A stretch of 64,000 bases of DNA from an uncultured Candidatus Saccharibacteria bacterium (GCA_964460325.1 CAYWPI010000001.1:11105-75104), one strand, 5' to 3'; positions 48,910 through 59,584 are shown, counted from the stretch's first letter. Notes: a model not told the origin generated them from the letters alone. Numbers and translations: made by a program.

Positions 48910-49149
48910 TTATCGCCCCCGAACATCAATAAGAAGCTGCCTAAATTCGGCAACACTTTCTTTAAACGCCGGATACACGCCAATCATATTAAGCACCCAG
49001 CCGATAATGACCAAAATAATCGCCGCACCAACAATACTGCCAAGCCCCTGAAAGGTGCCGCGCACAAAAGATCGCCATGGGCTGGTAAGCGCCCGGTCAA
49101 TCCGCGCCAAGTGCTTATTCATCTCAGCCTGATCTTTGTCGATTTCCAT
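48910..49149 (-). CDS. Small membrane protein
   Basis: 79 aa with a C-terminal transmembrane helix. Confidence 0.35.
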   Translation of the reverse strand: MEIDKDQAEMNKHLARIDRALTSPWRSFVRGTFQGLGSIVGAAIILVIIGWVLNMIGVYPAFKESVAEFRQLLIDVRGR

Positions 49150-49252
49150 CTACTAATAATAACAGAAATAAGCGGTTAATTAAATAAAAACGCTTTCTGT
49201 GGGGTTGATGAGCGAAGTGGCTTGCACTGAGCAAGCGAAGCGAGTCGAAGTG

Positions 49253-49323
49253 TGGACCTAGCCGGAATCGAACCGGCACTTCGTCCATGCCATGGACGCA
49301 CACTACCACTATGTTATAGGCCC
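49253..49323 (-). tRNA. tRNA-Ala(GGC)
   Basis: Manual fold: G3:U70 identity pair, loop ATGGCAT, T-loop GGTTCGATTCC. Confidence 0.75.
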
Positions 49324-49578
49324 ATTAAATTAAACTCACACAATCTAATCGAATAACCTGAATAGTATCATATATTCCTCATAAATTTTCAACTCACTCG
49401 ATTTCACTCAATAAAACAATGCATTAAGGCGCAATGAGTTTAATTATTAGAAAATAAATTATAATTTCGTCAACTTGGCAGAATATAATAGATTATGCAA
49501 AGATAATAAAAGAACCGGGCCGGTAAACCGCCAGCCCAAAACGTACATGGGGTAACCACCCCAGAAGGAGTATCCCCC

Positions 49579-50223
49579 ATGTCAGAGAAGATGAGCAGTT
49601 GGCAACTCCCGATCTTCACGTTCGTTATCCTGGCAATCGGAATCATGCTCGGCGTGATGATCACCGCCACCGAGTACAATCCGAACGCTCCCAAGCGGTT
49701 CACCCCCGGCGCCAAGCCCGTGCCGACCACTGCGACAGACTACGGCGCGTTCCTGATCGCAGATTATGACGAGCAGGGGCCCGGCAAACCGTCGTGGCAC
49801 CGCGCTCGCGTGGCCGGCGTGCCAGCGTGGACGCACGAGGAGGCAGACAACCACTTCAGGCGCGACGATCCGAACGTGATGATCCTCGAGGAAGAATGGG
49901 TAAGACGCTTTGGCTACCAAGCAGAGCTCAAGGATATCAAGGCTGCGCCATCGTGCTGTATCCCGAATGGGAAGCTCGTCGACGAGAACAGCCGAGACTT
50001 CATCATCGAATTTGAGGTTCGCCCGTCCATCGAAGAGGCGGCCCCTGCTCCAGAATACGTCGGAGACGCACCGCCTGCAGAATTCCGTGAGGTCGGAACT
50101 GGCAAAACACTGAATCCGATCGAGGAGCTCGAAGAGAAATTGAGGAGCGAGGGGTGGACAATCACCCGCAATCCCCCCGACGATTCCGAGAGTGCCGACT
50201 CAACAGCCGAAGATGGGCCCTAA
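49579..50223 (+). CDS. Hypothetical membrane-anchored 214-aa protein, high-GC cassette g
   Basis: SD GAAGGAG. Single N-terminal transmembrane segment. High GC. Own terminator. Preceded by a ~200-nt extremely AT-rich tract. Confidence 0.45.
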   Translation: MSEKMSSWQLPIFTFVILAIGIMLGVMITATEYNPNAPKRFTPGAKPVPTTATDYGAFLIADYDEQGPGKPSWHRARVAGVPAWTHEEADNHFRRDDPNVMILEEEWVRRFGYQAELKDIKAAPSCCIPNGKLVDENSRDFIIEFEVRPSIEEAAPAPEYVGDAPPAEFREVGTGKTLNPIEELEEKLRSEGWTITRNPPDDSESADSTAEDGP

Positions 50224-50242
50224 CGCCCATCTCAACGCACAA

Positions 50243-50280
50243 CGCCCCGCGAGGTCTTCCTCGCGGGGCGCGTTCTTTTT
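50243..50280 (+). terminator. Terminator of cassette g
   Basis: Hairpin CGCCCCGCGAGG...CCTCGCGGGGCG followed by TTCTTTTT. Confidence 0.65.
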
Positions 50281-50297
50281 CAAGACCACAAAACTTC

Positions 50298-50528
50298 TTA
50301 AGCAACTGTCACAACCGGCTTTTTCACAAAGTGCTTTACGATAAGCAGAAGCGTTGCCAGACCAACTAAGACATAGAAAGCGCGCAGAATGAACTCACTC
50401 TCGCCGCTCAATGTCCACAGGAAATCGTAATCAAACACTCCAATACTGCCGAGATTGAGACCGGCGATTGCGATGATGATTCGAGAGACTAAGTTAAGTA
50501 TTTTCATTGTATTTACTTGAACTGCCAA
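50298..50528 (-). CDS. Small membrane protein
   Basis: 76 aa with two transmembrane helices. Confidence 0.3.
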   Translation of the reverse strand: MAVQVNTMKILNLVSRIIIAIAGLNLGSIGVFDYDFLWTLSGESEFILRAFYVLVGLATLLLIVKHFVKKPVVTVA

Positions 50529-50544
50529 AAACGACCTTTACGAC

Positions 50545-53500
50545 TTAGTACCCTGCTGACTTAATAATACTCTCCGCTGTCTCATTCGCCGGGCACCTGA
50601 AGCTTTTTGAACCACCACATTTAGTACAATCAACCACTACAACCGGGAGCTGTGTGCAAGTAGCGCCAGCGGTCGCTGGATTATATGTTGCACGTCCTCG
50701 TTCATCAAGAGCATCTGCCAGACCGGGAGTGTATGGGATACCGCGCGAACGCAAAGTCGAGGCAAAATTTTTACATATTGTACATGTTCCCGGCTTCGCT
50801 GGTATATTACCAAACTCACCACCCCTCCCATATATTGTTATCGCACACTTACAACCAGCTCCAACGACCGGTGATGATTGCACAGGAGGCTGCTCTAAGC
50901 AACCACACTTCCCATCTGGCATTACTCCACAACGCCCACCCGCAGAAGTACACTTTTTCTGAGTACAGATTGAATTCTTTGCATTCCTATACTCCGGGGT
51001 CTTTATCGCCTCAGAAATCGGGACACCACCCCACGTCATGTTGCCCGCTCGATCCAGAACGATACCCATTTCATCCGCCTTAACTTCACAGCCTATAGGA
51101 TATTTTAACGACGTTGAAGGCGGTTGCAGTGGCGACTTCGGCTCCCGATAAGGAGTTGTCGGACTTTTAGTTTGCGGAGTTGTAGCTGGACTTCCTCCCG
51201 TCGAACCACCATCTGGCGTGACCGGAGGTTGTGTTGCTGGCGGCGGCGGACTACCACAGGCACATCCATCGCCACTCACAGTTGACTGACAAATACCAGC
51301 GGTACAATTAAGACCCTTCTTTGAACAGGCTGCGCTCGGCGAAACTCCGCCACAATCACCCCATGTTTCTTCAATGGAAATTAAGAAATTAATTTGCGTC
51401 TGAGTTAATCCGGCATCCTCTCCGTTCTCAGTTATTTGCTCTGGAGATGGACAGTTCCCTTTATCGTGGGGGACAAGTTTATCAATAAACTCTTGAGCCC
51501 GCTGAACATTCTCAGGTGAGTATCTAAGACAAGTGTTTACTTTCTCGCCAATCACACCCGGATCAATAACACCAGGGAAGTCAAACGGTTCATCTAAACC
51601 AAGCGGAGGCAAATCAGTTGGCTCACTAGGCTCTGGGGATACAAATGGCGGGTATTCTTCTCCATCCGAAATTTCTGGATCGGCAGGATTGACCGCAGGA
51701 ATATCAGGGAATTCAGAAGAATCAGGCGGTGTTAATGGCGCGCACATACATCCACCGCCGGCACTATTACTGCAAGACCCACCGGATTTGGCACAACTCC
51801 CAGAACATTCTCCCGTCGAACCCTTGCCAGTAACCCAATTCAATAATCTTTCCCAGAAGGTTGTATCATGACACGTATCTCCCGGCTCAAGCACAGGTGC
51901 AGCTGTCGGCGCATCGACTACAGGGGGTTGAGAGTCGTCATTTGAATCTGGCGAGGCGGTCGGGGCAGTAGGGGCTGAAGCTGGCGCAGCTGATCCGTTA
52001 CAGCTGCATGTAATAACATATTTCCCGTTTTGCAAAGTTGGTGATGACGGCGCACACTTCCCAGCAGAACAAGCCTTTGTATCTGTTGAACAAACAGCAC
52101 CTAATGCACCAGAGGCTATATTATCTGCAACAGCCTCTTTTTCCTTTTCCAAACGCTGAGTTTCACTGTTTAAATTCGTAACAAGGCTTGGCACCTGATT
52201 CCTTGCAACCTCAAGCCCACGATTATAATCACCGTTGCCGAGTTGAGTTATTTGTTGATTAATACTAGTAATTGATGCCGTAATTTGATTGAGAAGGTTT
52301 AATTGCTCATCAAGTTTTGCATTACCAACCCGAGTACAAGAACCCGCTTTGTCAGTTCCAACAACAGGCGGAACGGTAGGCACAACAGGAATCGGGGCAG
52401 GTTCGGTCGGTGTTACTGGTACAACAGGAGCAACTGGTTGCTCGCCAGTTGATTGCGGTACTGCTCCTGCTGGCACATTGCCATCACTAGCTCTATCAGG
52501 CGTAGAACCACCACAGCATTCAATTGAATACTGCAAATAACCACTTGCGGTCGTCCGCTTTACCAATACAGCTGGCCCACACTGACCACCTCCAGAGCAT
52601 TGTGCCGCTGGATCGCCGCCGCACATAAAATCTTTCGCGCTCGCCAACGCCTTCACGAGATTGTCATAAGTTGGTTTTATTCTCTGCGCAGCAAACCGCG
52701 CCTGCTCATCAGCTGACATCGACTGGCTTTTTTCACCTAAATACTGATAAAGCGCATTGAGCTCTAATAATGGATCAGTTACTGAAGGTGTAATTGTTTT
52801 TTGACACACTCTGGGCGCAGTTATATTCAAATCAGCACCTTCGGGATTCTGCGGAAGCCCGTCATTATTCCCGAAAATAGTCCCAAACACCTTCGCGCGA
52901 AATGCCGCTGCAAACTTTGATGGAAGGCTTAATATGCTGTCAGATGCTGATGCCGGAGCATCAGCCCCGCTACCACTACCCGCACCAGTCGATCCACCAG
53001 TGCCGGGAGTTGAACCACCTCCGCTAGTACCACCAGACCCAGCCGAACCTCCGTCTTTTACGGAATTCGTAATCCCGCACGCCATAGTCCAGTTGTAATT
53101 CACCTCAACCGCCGCCTCAACATTAACAGTAATCTTAACTGAATCACCCGAACCGCTCTGCTTAGCCTGTGTAACATACGCACCTTCATCACTCGAATCA
53201 TCCCCAGTATAAGTGCAGGCACCAATACTATATGTTAACTCCGTACCACACGGCTTACAGTTAGTCTCCTTCCCGTCATTGGGACACGAAACATCACAGG
53301 CGATAATCTTATTTTTTGCAGCACTCTCTGCATTAGCATTTGCACTCTCACAAGCCGACTTCTGCGCCGCTTCAAGCATTTCTCGAAACTCCCCTTGTAC
53401 GCGATTAATAAATTGCACACCATTTTCATATTGAGTCGTTTTGTTTGCACACTCAGTTCTGCAACTGATAATTGGGTAGGTAGACTGAGGACCGGCAACA

Positions 53501-55023
53501 TTTTCACATACAGTATACGCATCTTCACAAGCACCTGTTCCATGAGTAAGCGTCTGCGAAGCGCTGCCTGACCCCGTTACTGATTCAGCATTGCTTCCAG
53601 TCTTTGTTGTCGCAGGGCATGATGGCCCTTGAGTTGGCTCTGGCACTGGCGAACCAGTCACCTCCTGACATCCACAGGTCGGCACGGTAACTGCCTCATA
53701 TCCTCCCGTATCACCGCCAACCCACCGCCGATCTGATTGAGTTCCCGCAACACAGGTTCCCGCCGCACCACTAGAGGTGGTGCACTCGCCGCCACACTCA
53801 GAACGCTGAGCACACTCATCTCCACCACCAGTTGCCGTTGTGCCACTCGGAAGTTCACTGTCGGGCTTGCCACCAAACACATCATCGAAAAAGGAGGTAA
53901 TGTTTCGTAAAACATTCACGATGCCGTTGGTCACCACGCTAAGAGCGGTTGTGCGAGCATCAGGAACCGTAAAAACACCAACCTGGGTCTCAAGGTCAAC
54001 ACGACCCAACACATTATTGGCTGTCTTCACTGCAATTTCATCAATCAAATCACCCGCTTTTGTAACATGCAGCTCGGTAATGGTTCCTGTTTGAGTTTCG
54101 GCAAAAACTTGTTCCCCAGAAATAGTGGCAAAAACTTGTTCCCCAGAAATAATACGCGGAGCCACTTGGAAAGGAACACAATCAGAGCCGCATGCTTGCT
54201 GATCAGCATAAGCTTCTGCGGTTGTGGGCAATAAGATAACCTGCAACCTTTGTCCACTTACGGGATCCACGGTTTGCGTGTCTGCCGTTACCACATTCGT
54301 TGTTTGAGCGGGCACCCAAATCTGCAAAGCTGATTTCACTTGTGGAACAGAGGCGGCGGGAGCAGTTGTTACGCGTTGACCGGTTCCTGCATCTGCCGTT
54401 GGCTGCCTATCAATCACCGGTTCAGTTGTTACCCCGCTGGGAAGTTGCGGATCAGAAACAATGGGCGGCAGAGGATCTATAAGCGCTTGAATATTAGGAA
54501 CTTCCACAATTTTCGTCGCTCCGCCGGACACCGCCGAACCGCTCATCCACGCATCGATAAGACTTTTTGCATTTGCCCCCGGATCATATGGCTGGGTAAC
54601 AATACCCGCACCAGATCCCTTCGAATTACTAGGTGGTGTCACTGTTGAACCAGAGCCACCGGCTTGAGTTGCTCCTCCATCGTTACCTGTTACGTTTTGC
54701 GAACCAGAGCCTGATGGCTGAGTATAGCTTGGAAGGTCAGGCGTGAAATGAGGAAGAATCGGCTCTACTTCGAAATAAATACCACCCGGCTCTTGATCAT
54801 TTTTTCGTTCTTCATAAAAACTAGTTCCACTGGTATCCGCCATGTTGCCTCCCGCTCCGCCTTGATACACTTGAGCCAGCTGACTTGAGCCAACGATATC
54901 GGCCGGAATCACTGGGAGCATTCCCGTGACCAAAGCGAGTGCCGCAACCGGAAGCACAAGTCGAACAATATGTCGCATCATTGATATGTAAATAAAGTGT
55001 AAAGATAAAGAAGAGCTCCTCAA
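50545..55023 (-). CDS. Giant secreted Cys-, Gly- and Thr-rich surface protein (1492 aa)
   Basis: Signal peptide or N-terminal transmembrane segment. Numerous Cys-rich segments. Internal 27-nt perfect tandem duplication at ~54098-54151 (ISGEQVFA x2). Confidence 0.65.
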   Translation of the reverse strand: MRSSSLSLHFIYISMMRHIVRLVLPVAALALVTGMLPVIPADIVGSSQLAQVYQGGAGGNMADTSGTSFYEERKNDQEPGGIYFEVEPILPHFTPDLPSYTQPSGSGSQNVTGNDGGATQAGGSGSTVTPPSNSKGSGAGIVTQPYDPGANAKSLIDAWMSGSAVSGGATKIVEVPNIQALIDPLPPIVSDPQLPSGVTTEPVIDRQPTADAGTGQRVTTAPAASVPQVKSALQIWVPAQTTNVVTADTQTVDPVSGQRLQVILLPTTAEAYADQQACGSDCVPFQVAPRIISGEQVFATISGEQVFAETQTGTITELHVTKAGDLIDEIAVKTANNVLGRVDLETQVGVFTVPDARTTALSVVTNGIVNVLRNITSFFDDVFGGKPDSELPSGTTATGGGDECAQRSECGGECTTSSGAAGTCVAGTQSDRRWVGGDTGGYEAVTVPTCGCQEVTGSPVPEPTQGPSCPATTKTGSNAESVTGSGSASQTLTHGTGACEDAYTVCENVAGPQSTYPIISCRTECANKTTQYENGVQFINRVQGEFREMLEAAQKSACESANANAESAAKNKIIACDVSCPNDGKETNCKPCGTELTYSIGACTYTGDDSSDEGAYVTQAKQSGSGDSVKITVNVEAAVEVNYNWTMACGITNSVKDGGSAGSGGTSGGGSTPGTGGSTGAGSGSGADAPASASDSILSLPSKFAAAFRAKVFGTIFGNNDGLPQNPEGADLNITAPRVCQKTITPSVTDPLLELNALYQYLGEKSQSMSADEQARFAAQRIKPTYDNLVKALASAKDFMCGGDPAAQCSGGGQCGPAVLVKRTTASGYLQYSIECCGGSTPDRASDGNVPAGAVPQSTGEQPVAPVVPVTPTEPAPIPVVPTVPPVVGTDKAGSCTRVGNAKLDEQLNLLNQITASITSINQQITQLGNGDYNRGLEVARNQVPSLVTNLNSETQRLEKEKEAVADNIASGALGAVCSTDTKACSAGKCAPSSPTLQNGKYVITCSCNGSAAPASAPTAPTASPDSNDDSQPPVVDAPTAAPVLEPGDTCHDTTFWERLLNWVTGKGSTGECSGSCAKSGGSCSNSAGGGCMCAPLTPPDSSEFPDIPAVNPADPEISDGEEYPPFVSPEPSEPTDLPPLGLDEPFDFPGVIDPGVIGEKVNTCLRYSPENVQRAQEFIDKLVPHDKGNCPSPEQITENGEDAGLTQTQINFLISIEETWGDCGGVSPSAACSKKGLNCTAGICQSTVSGDGCACGSPPPPATQPPVTPDGGSTGGSPATTPQTKSPTTPYREPKSPLQPPSTSLKYPIGCEVKADEMGIVLDRAGNMTWGGVPISEAIKTPEYRNAKNSICTQKKCTSAGGRCGVMPDGKCGCLEQPPVQSSPVVGAGCKCAITIYGRGGEFGNIPAKPGTCTICKNFASTLRSRGIPYTPGLADALDERGRATYNPATAGATCTQLPVVVVDCTKCGGSKSFRCPANETAESIIKSAGY

Positions 55024-55161
55024 CCCTTGTATTTATTTTACGGCAATAGCAACCATCACACAACCGCCCCCGTGTGCATAAACGGGTCGCTTTACCAAAG
55101 CACTCATTTCCGATAAGCTATCAGCTATTGGCCTCACCCGCAGACCGGCGCGGTGGCCGAG

Positions 55162-55251
55162 GGAGGCGTGTCAGAGTGGTCGAATGAGCCAGTTTCGAAA
55201 ACTGGTAGACTCGAAAGGGTCTCGAAGGTTCGAATCCTTCCGCCTCCGCCA
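55162..55251 (+). tRNA. tRNA-Ser(CGA) with encoded CCA
   Basis: Manual fold: GGAGGCG acceptor, loop TTCGAAA, long variable arm. Confidence 0.8.
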
Positions 55252-55253
55252 AT

Positions 55254-55283
55254 TCAAAAACCGCCCCTGTAGGCGGTTTTTGA
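55254..55283. terminator. Bidirectional terminator
   Basis: Hairpin AAAAACCGCCCCTGTAGGCGGTTTTT. Confidence 0.65.
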
Positions 55284-55302
55284 ATAATGTTATGTAAGAA
55301 AA

Positions 55303-55473
55303 CTATTTGGCCGCACCCATAATGCGGAACATCTTGGTGCCGCACACTTCGCAAGTTCCCGTCATCGCCCGGCGCTCCTTACCGCCCTTGCCCTGCATAG
55401 CCACTTCGGTCGCATTGGCCATCTTGCGATCCTTTGCCTTGCACTTTACACAGTATCCAGTTACGTCTGCCAT
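55303..55473 (-). CDS. Small zinc-ribbon protein (56 aa); not in the ORF track
   Basis: MADVTGYCVKCKAKDRKM...GTCEVCGTKMFRIMGAAK with two CxxC pairs. Terminator immediately downstream. Confidence 0.45.
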   Translation of the reverse strand: MADVTGYCVKCKAKDRKMANATEVAMQGKGGKERRAMTGTCEVCGTKMFRIMGAAK

Positions 55474-55714
55474 AATTTTGAAAAACAGATGACAAGTGAC
55501 AATTGACCTTTGACGGGAGCAAACCCGATAAGTTCACACTGCCAGATGCCAGTCGTTAGTTATTAAAGGTTATTTATTATTCGACCGATTATTACTATTA
55601 CAGTACCATAAAGTCAATGAAATGCAACGTTTGACCATTATTTCTATTTTGTGTTGTAATTTAAGAGCATAAGACGTCCCCGCCAGACGCCTGCGGCGCA
55701 GGAATAGAAAATAA

Positions 55715-55786
55715 GCCCTCGTAGCTCAATGGATAGAGCTACTCCGTCCTAAGGAGAAGATAACTGTTCGATTCAGTTCGAGGGCA
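55715..55786 (+). tRNA. tRNA-Arg(CCT)
   Basis: Manual fold: GCCCTCG acceptor, loop GTCCTAA, T-arm AACTGTTCGATTCAGTT. Confidence 0.75.
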
Positions 55787-55914
55787 CCCATAGCTCAAAG
55801 CTGATGCCTCCTGGGTCGGCTTTCTCACCTTGCGTTGAAGTAGATGAGAGCTGCCCCGCCCTAAGGCACACCTGACTGCTCAAATCAAGTCCAGAAACAC
55901 AGAAAGAATCGTCT

Positions 55915-55955
55915 TAAAGCAAAATAGTTACGGCGGCCTCAAAATGAGGCCGCCG
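55915..55955 (-). terminator. Terminator of cassette h
   Basis: 10-bp hairpin CGGCGGCCTC...GAGGCCGCCG followed by a T-run on the minus strand. Confidence 0.55.
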
Positions 55956-55971
55956 GAAGACACTTCCCGAA

Positions 55972-56190
55972 TTAATCCGGGATTGCGGCTGCTTTCGGAA
56001 TCCAGCGCATGACCGCGCCAGGATGATTATCATAACGAATCCCGAAATGCTTGGGAGCTACTGCGACGACTCTGGCTCTTCCTCCCGCCCACAAACCATC
56101 GGGATGCTCCCTCACCGTTACATGGTCGTGAAGAACAACGTCAAACTGAAACCGAAACACGAGCTGAACTTCCTTTGTCCTGCTTTCCAT
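55972..56190 (-). CDS. Hypothetical ~72-aa protein, high-GC cassette h
   Basis: SD GGAGGATGA before MESRTKEV. High GC. Own terminator. Abuts the truncated 3' end of the pyruvate-kinase-like gene. Confidence 0.3.
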   Translation of the reverse strand: MESRTKEVQLVFRFQFDVVLHDHVTVREHPDGLWAGGRARVVAVAPKHFGIRYDNHPGAVMRWIPKAAAIPD

Positions 56191-56260
56191 TACCTCATCC
56201 TCCAGTGGCCTGACCTGAATGTATCGAAATGTTCGCCTTAAATCAACCACCTTCGTCTTG

Positions 56261-57061
56261 TTAACCCAACACCCGCACGCGGCGCTTCCCTTCATGTCGC
56301 TCCGCCTCACTGACAATCTTCTCCATTATGGTTACCGCCTCAACTGGATACTTGCCACGTGCCGTCTCTTCTGAAAGCATTACGCCATCTGCGCCACCTA
56401 AAATCGCATACGCGACATCCGAAACCTCCGCTCGAGTCGGCGCCGGATTTTCCACCATTGAAAGCAACATCTGCGTGGCGACAATAACAGGCTTCTTGGC
56501 CTTATGCGCGGTCTTAATTATGCGCTGTTGAGCAAACGGAATTGTTTCAAGCGGAATTTCATTCCCCAAATCGCCACGGGCCACCATCACCGCATCACTC
56601 GCTTTTATAATTGCCCGCAAGTCATCAAGCGCCGCCTGCCGCTCTATCTTGGCGATAATGGGAATGCGCACTCCCCGCTTTTTCATTTCCGCCCGAAGCA
56701 ATTCAATGTCCCGCGCACTGCCCACATACGACATTGCCACATAATCAACCTTATGCGCCACGCCAAAATCAAGATCGGCCAAATCTTTTTGCGTTAAAAT
56801 CGCGTCACCGCCTTTAAAATGATGCCCACCAGCGTCTTGCATACGCGGCCCAGACAAGTCCTGTATAATTGGAATGCGCCTGCCCGCATCTTCAGCCGCT
56901 TGTCGGATAGTTTTAATATAATGCGCATGTTCTTCATACGTCCCCCAGGAAAAGTTAAGTCGCGCCACATCCATCTGATGCGCGACAAGCAGACGCATTA
57001 CTTCAATATGCTGCGTGGCAGGACCGATCGTCGCAATGATTTGAGCCGCTGAATGTTTCAT
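56261..57061 (-). CDS. Pyruvate-kinase-like protein, barrel (A) domain only, lacking the B and C domains
   Basis: PK motifs MVARGDLG and MLSEETA. Only 266 aa. Confidence 0.65.
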   Translation of the reverse strand: MKHSAAQIIATIGPATQHIEVMRLLVAHQMDVARLNFSWGTYEEHAHYIKTIRQAAEDAGRRIPIIQDLSGPRMQDAGGHHFKGGDAILTQKDLADLDFGVAHKVDYVAMSYVGSARDIELLRAEMKKRGVRIPIIAKIERQAALDDLRAIIKASDAVMVARGDLGNEIPLETIPFAQQRIIKTAHKAKKPVIVATQMLLSMVENPAPTRAEVSDVAYAILGGADGVMLSEETARGKYPVEAVTIMEKIVSEAERHEGKRRVRVLG

Positions 57062-57069
57062 ATGATTTA

Positions 57070-58314
57070 TTATACTCCCTGCGCTTTTTCAATCGCGCAC
57101 AACCGATTATATTTTGCCATGCGCTCTGCCGGCCGAGGCGCGCCAGCCTTAATACCAAAACAGCCAAACGCAACGGCAAGATCAGCAATAAAATCATCCA
57201 TTGTTTCGCCGCTGCGATGGCTGACCACGCAATGAATATGATGCGCTCGCGCCAACGCGATAGCTTCTATTGTTTCTGAAACAGTGCCAATTTGGTTTGG
57301 TTTTATGATAATGCCGCCAATGCTTTTTTCGCCGATTGCCTTTTTTAGCCGGCCGACATTGGTCACCGTTAAATCGTCGCCGATCACAAGCAAACTGGGG
57401 TATTGGGCCGCCAGGCGCGCAAATCGACCAAAGTCTTCTTCCGCAAACGGGTCTTCGATCGAAAGCAGATTAAAATCTTTCATAAGTCCCGCATACATAC
57501 CAAAAAACTCGTCTTCGCTTACCGCTTTCCCATCCACGGCATACTTTTTGCCGTCATAAAAGGAAGAGGCGGCAACGTCCAAAGCAAAGCGCACCTTGTT
57601 TTCATAATGCAGTTCGCGCGCCACTGAGGCAAGCAACTCAAGCGGCAGCCGAGCAGAGGCAACATCTAAAGCAAAACCACCCTCATCGCCGGAGACGAGC
57701 GCCCGTTCGCCAAACTCATTTTTTATCTTTCGTTCCAAAGCCGCCTGCATCGCAATGCCAATCTCAAGCGCCTGAGCCACCGAATCAATCATCGGCACCA
57801 CGTGATATTCCTGAAATGCCAAGCGGCTTTTCGCGTGCTTACCACCATTAATAAGGTTCATGTAAAGATACGGTAGTGGCCGTGAGGATTGGATTACGGC
57901 AAGCGAGCGAAGATATGCAAACACCGGCACGCCCTGACATTGCGCCGCCGCCTTGGCCGCCGCCACGCTCACGCCGATAAGCGCGTTGCCACCCAACACG
58001 CTCTTGTTGTCCGTTCCATCTTTTTCAATCAGCACATCATCTATCTTTTTTTGCGCGCTCACTGGCTGACCAATAAGAAGCGGGGCGATGATATTATTTA
58101 CATTGGCAATTGCCTTAAACACGCCCTTACCATTGGCATATGCCGCATCGCCATCACGAAGCTCGTACGCCTCGTGCGCGCCTGTACTTGCACCCGAAGG
58201 AACCATGCATTCGCCCACCTTACCATCGGCAACCACACGCACCGAGATCGTAGGAACGCCCCGTGAATCGCGCACCTCGCGCGCCGTAATCGATTGAATT
58301 CGCGCATCCATCAT
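57070..58314 (-). CDS. eno: Enolase
   Basis: SHRSGETED-like motif SHRSGETMD. 414 aa. Confidence 0.9.
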   Translation of the reverse strand: MMDARIQSITAREVRDSRGVPTISVRVVADGKVGECMVPSGASTGAHEAYELRDGDAAYANGKGVFKAIANVNNIIAPLLIGQPVSAQKKIDDVLIEKDGTDNKSVLGGNALIGVSVAAAKAAAQCQGVPVFAYLRSLAVIQSSRPLPYLYMNLINGGKHAKSRLAFQEYHVVPMIDSVAQALEIGIAMQAALERKIKNEFGERALVSGDEGGFALDVASARLPLELLASVARELHYENKVRFALDVAASSFYDGKKYAVDGKAVSEDEFFGMYAGLMKDFNLLSIEDPFAEEDFGRFARLAAQYPSLLVIGDDLTVTNVGRLKKAIGEKSIGGIIIKPNQIGTVSETIEAIALARAHHIHCVVSHRSGETMDDFIADLAVAFGCFGIKAGAPRPAERMAKYNRLCAIEKAQGV

Positions 58315-58315
58315 A

Positions 58316-59584
58316 TTATTGCGCCTCCAACATGATCATTAAATCTGAAACATTTGCGCCTGTCGCGCCAGTATAGATAAGATCGCCCGTCTGAGAAAGC
58401 GCGGTCATCGCATCAAACCGCCGAATATGTTTCACCATATCAAGACCAGCCTTTTTTGCTCGCACGAGCGTACCAGCGTCTACTATACCTCCGGCGGCAT
58501 CACTATTATCCTTACCATCAGAAGCAAATGAAATAAACACCTGCTGCGGTTTCAATTTTGTCGCCATCGTAAGCGCCAAGTGCTGATTACGCCCACCTGA
58601 TCCGTGCGTAGTATTTACAACTAATCGAGGCTCACCACCAGCCAACACCGCGTGCTTGGGCCGACTGCTATGCATAAACTCTTCATCAAGCAAATCTATC
58701 TCGTCATACACCTTAGTTGAAAGCACAAGCGCCTTATACCCAAGTTCACCGCCGCGACGCTCCATCGCCTCAATTGCATTTACATTTGAAACTAAAATAT
58801 GGTTAGTAGTCCGTTCAAAATATTTATTTTCTTTGACGGTTTCTAACAGCCGATACGAGCCAAGATTATATTTATCAACAATGCGCTGCGCGTCTTTCAC
58901 TGTTGTCTTATCAAAATAGGTTGGCCCGGAAGCGATAATCTCTGGATGCTTACCAGGAACATCGGAAAAGACCAATCCAAATACGCGCGCCGGATACAGC
59001 AACTTAGCCAATCCACCGCCTTTTATGAGTGACAGGTGCTTGCGCACAATATTTAGCTCGTGAATAGTACCTGACGACTTAAGAAACGCGTTATACAGCG
59101 CCGCCCCCTGATCGCACTCATCCTCCGGCCAACATGTCAGTGCCGAGCCGCCGCCAGAGACAATCACCAGCACAATATCTTTTTCTGTGATGCCATTGGC
59201 AATCTCAATCAAACGTTTACTGGCAGCAATATTCGCCTCGGTCGGGCGCGGGTGCGTGCCAGCAAACATCTCAATGCGCTTTGACTGACCGCCTCCAATA
59301 CTAATTACCACGCCGCCGCTAATGCGGTCACCCAATATTGATTCAATTGTTTCCGCGGCTTTGGCCGCCGCCTTACCAAAACCAAACACAAGAACACGCC
59401 CTACTCCCCTGAGTGAAATAGCCTCATCCTGAATCGTCAGTTTATCTCCGGAAAGCTTAATTGCACCGCGAATAATAGTTTCCGTGTCAATTGCCGAAAG
59501 CCCCGCCTCCATAATGTGCAACCCATGCTCGCGAATTGGCGTAGTCGCAATCTCTTTGAAGTTCTGTATCCACGTTTTACTCAT
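58316..59584 (-). CDS. Glycerate 2-kinase (MOFRL family)
   Basis: DUF4147/MOFRL architecture. N-terminal Gly-rich loop VFGFGKAA. Confidence 0.7.
   Translation of the reverse strand: MSKTWIQNFKEIATTPIREHGLHIMEAGLSAIDTETIIRGAIKLSGDKLTIQDEAISLRGVGRVLVFGFGKAAAKAAETIESILGDRISGGVVISIGGGQSKRIEMFAGTHPRPTEANIAASKRLIEIANGITEKDIVLVIVSGGGSALTCWPEDECDQGAALYNAFLKSSGTIHELNIVRKHLSLIKGGGLAKLLYPARVFGLVFSDVPGKHPEIIASGPTYFDKTTVKDAQRIVDKYNLGSYRLLETVKENKYFERTTNHILVSNVNAIEAMERRGGELGYKALVLSTKVYDEIDLLDEEFMHSSRPKHAVLAGGEPRLVVNTTHGSGGRNQHLALTMATKLKPQQVFISFASDGKDNSDAAGGIVDAGTLVRAKKAGLDMVKHIRRFDAMTALSQTGDLIYTGATGANVSDLMIMLEAQ

Noticed and set aside
55121-55354. 77-aa minus-strand ORF overlapping tRNA-Ser(CGA)
   Set aside because: It lies on top of a well-folded tRNA and a terminator.
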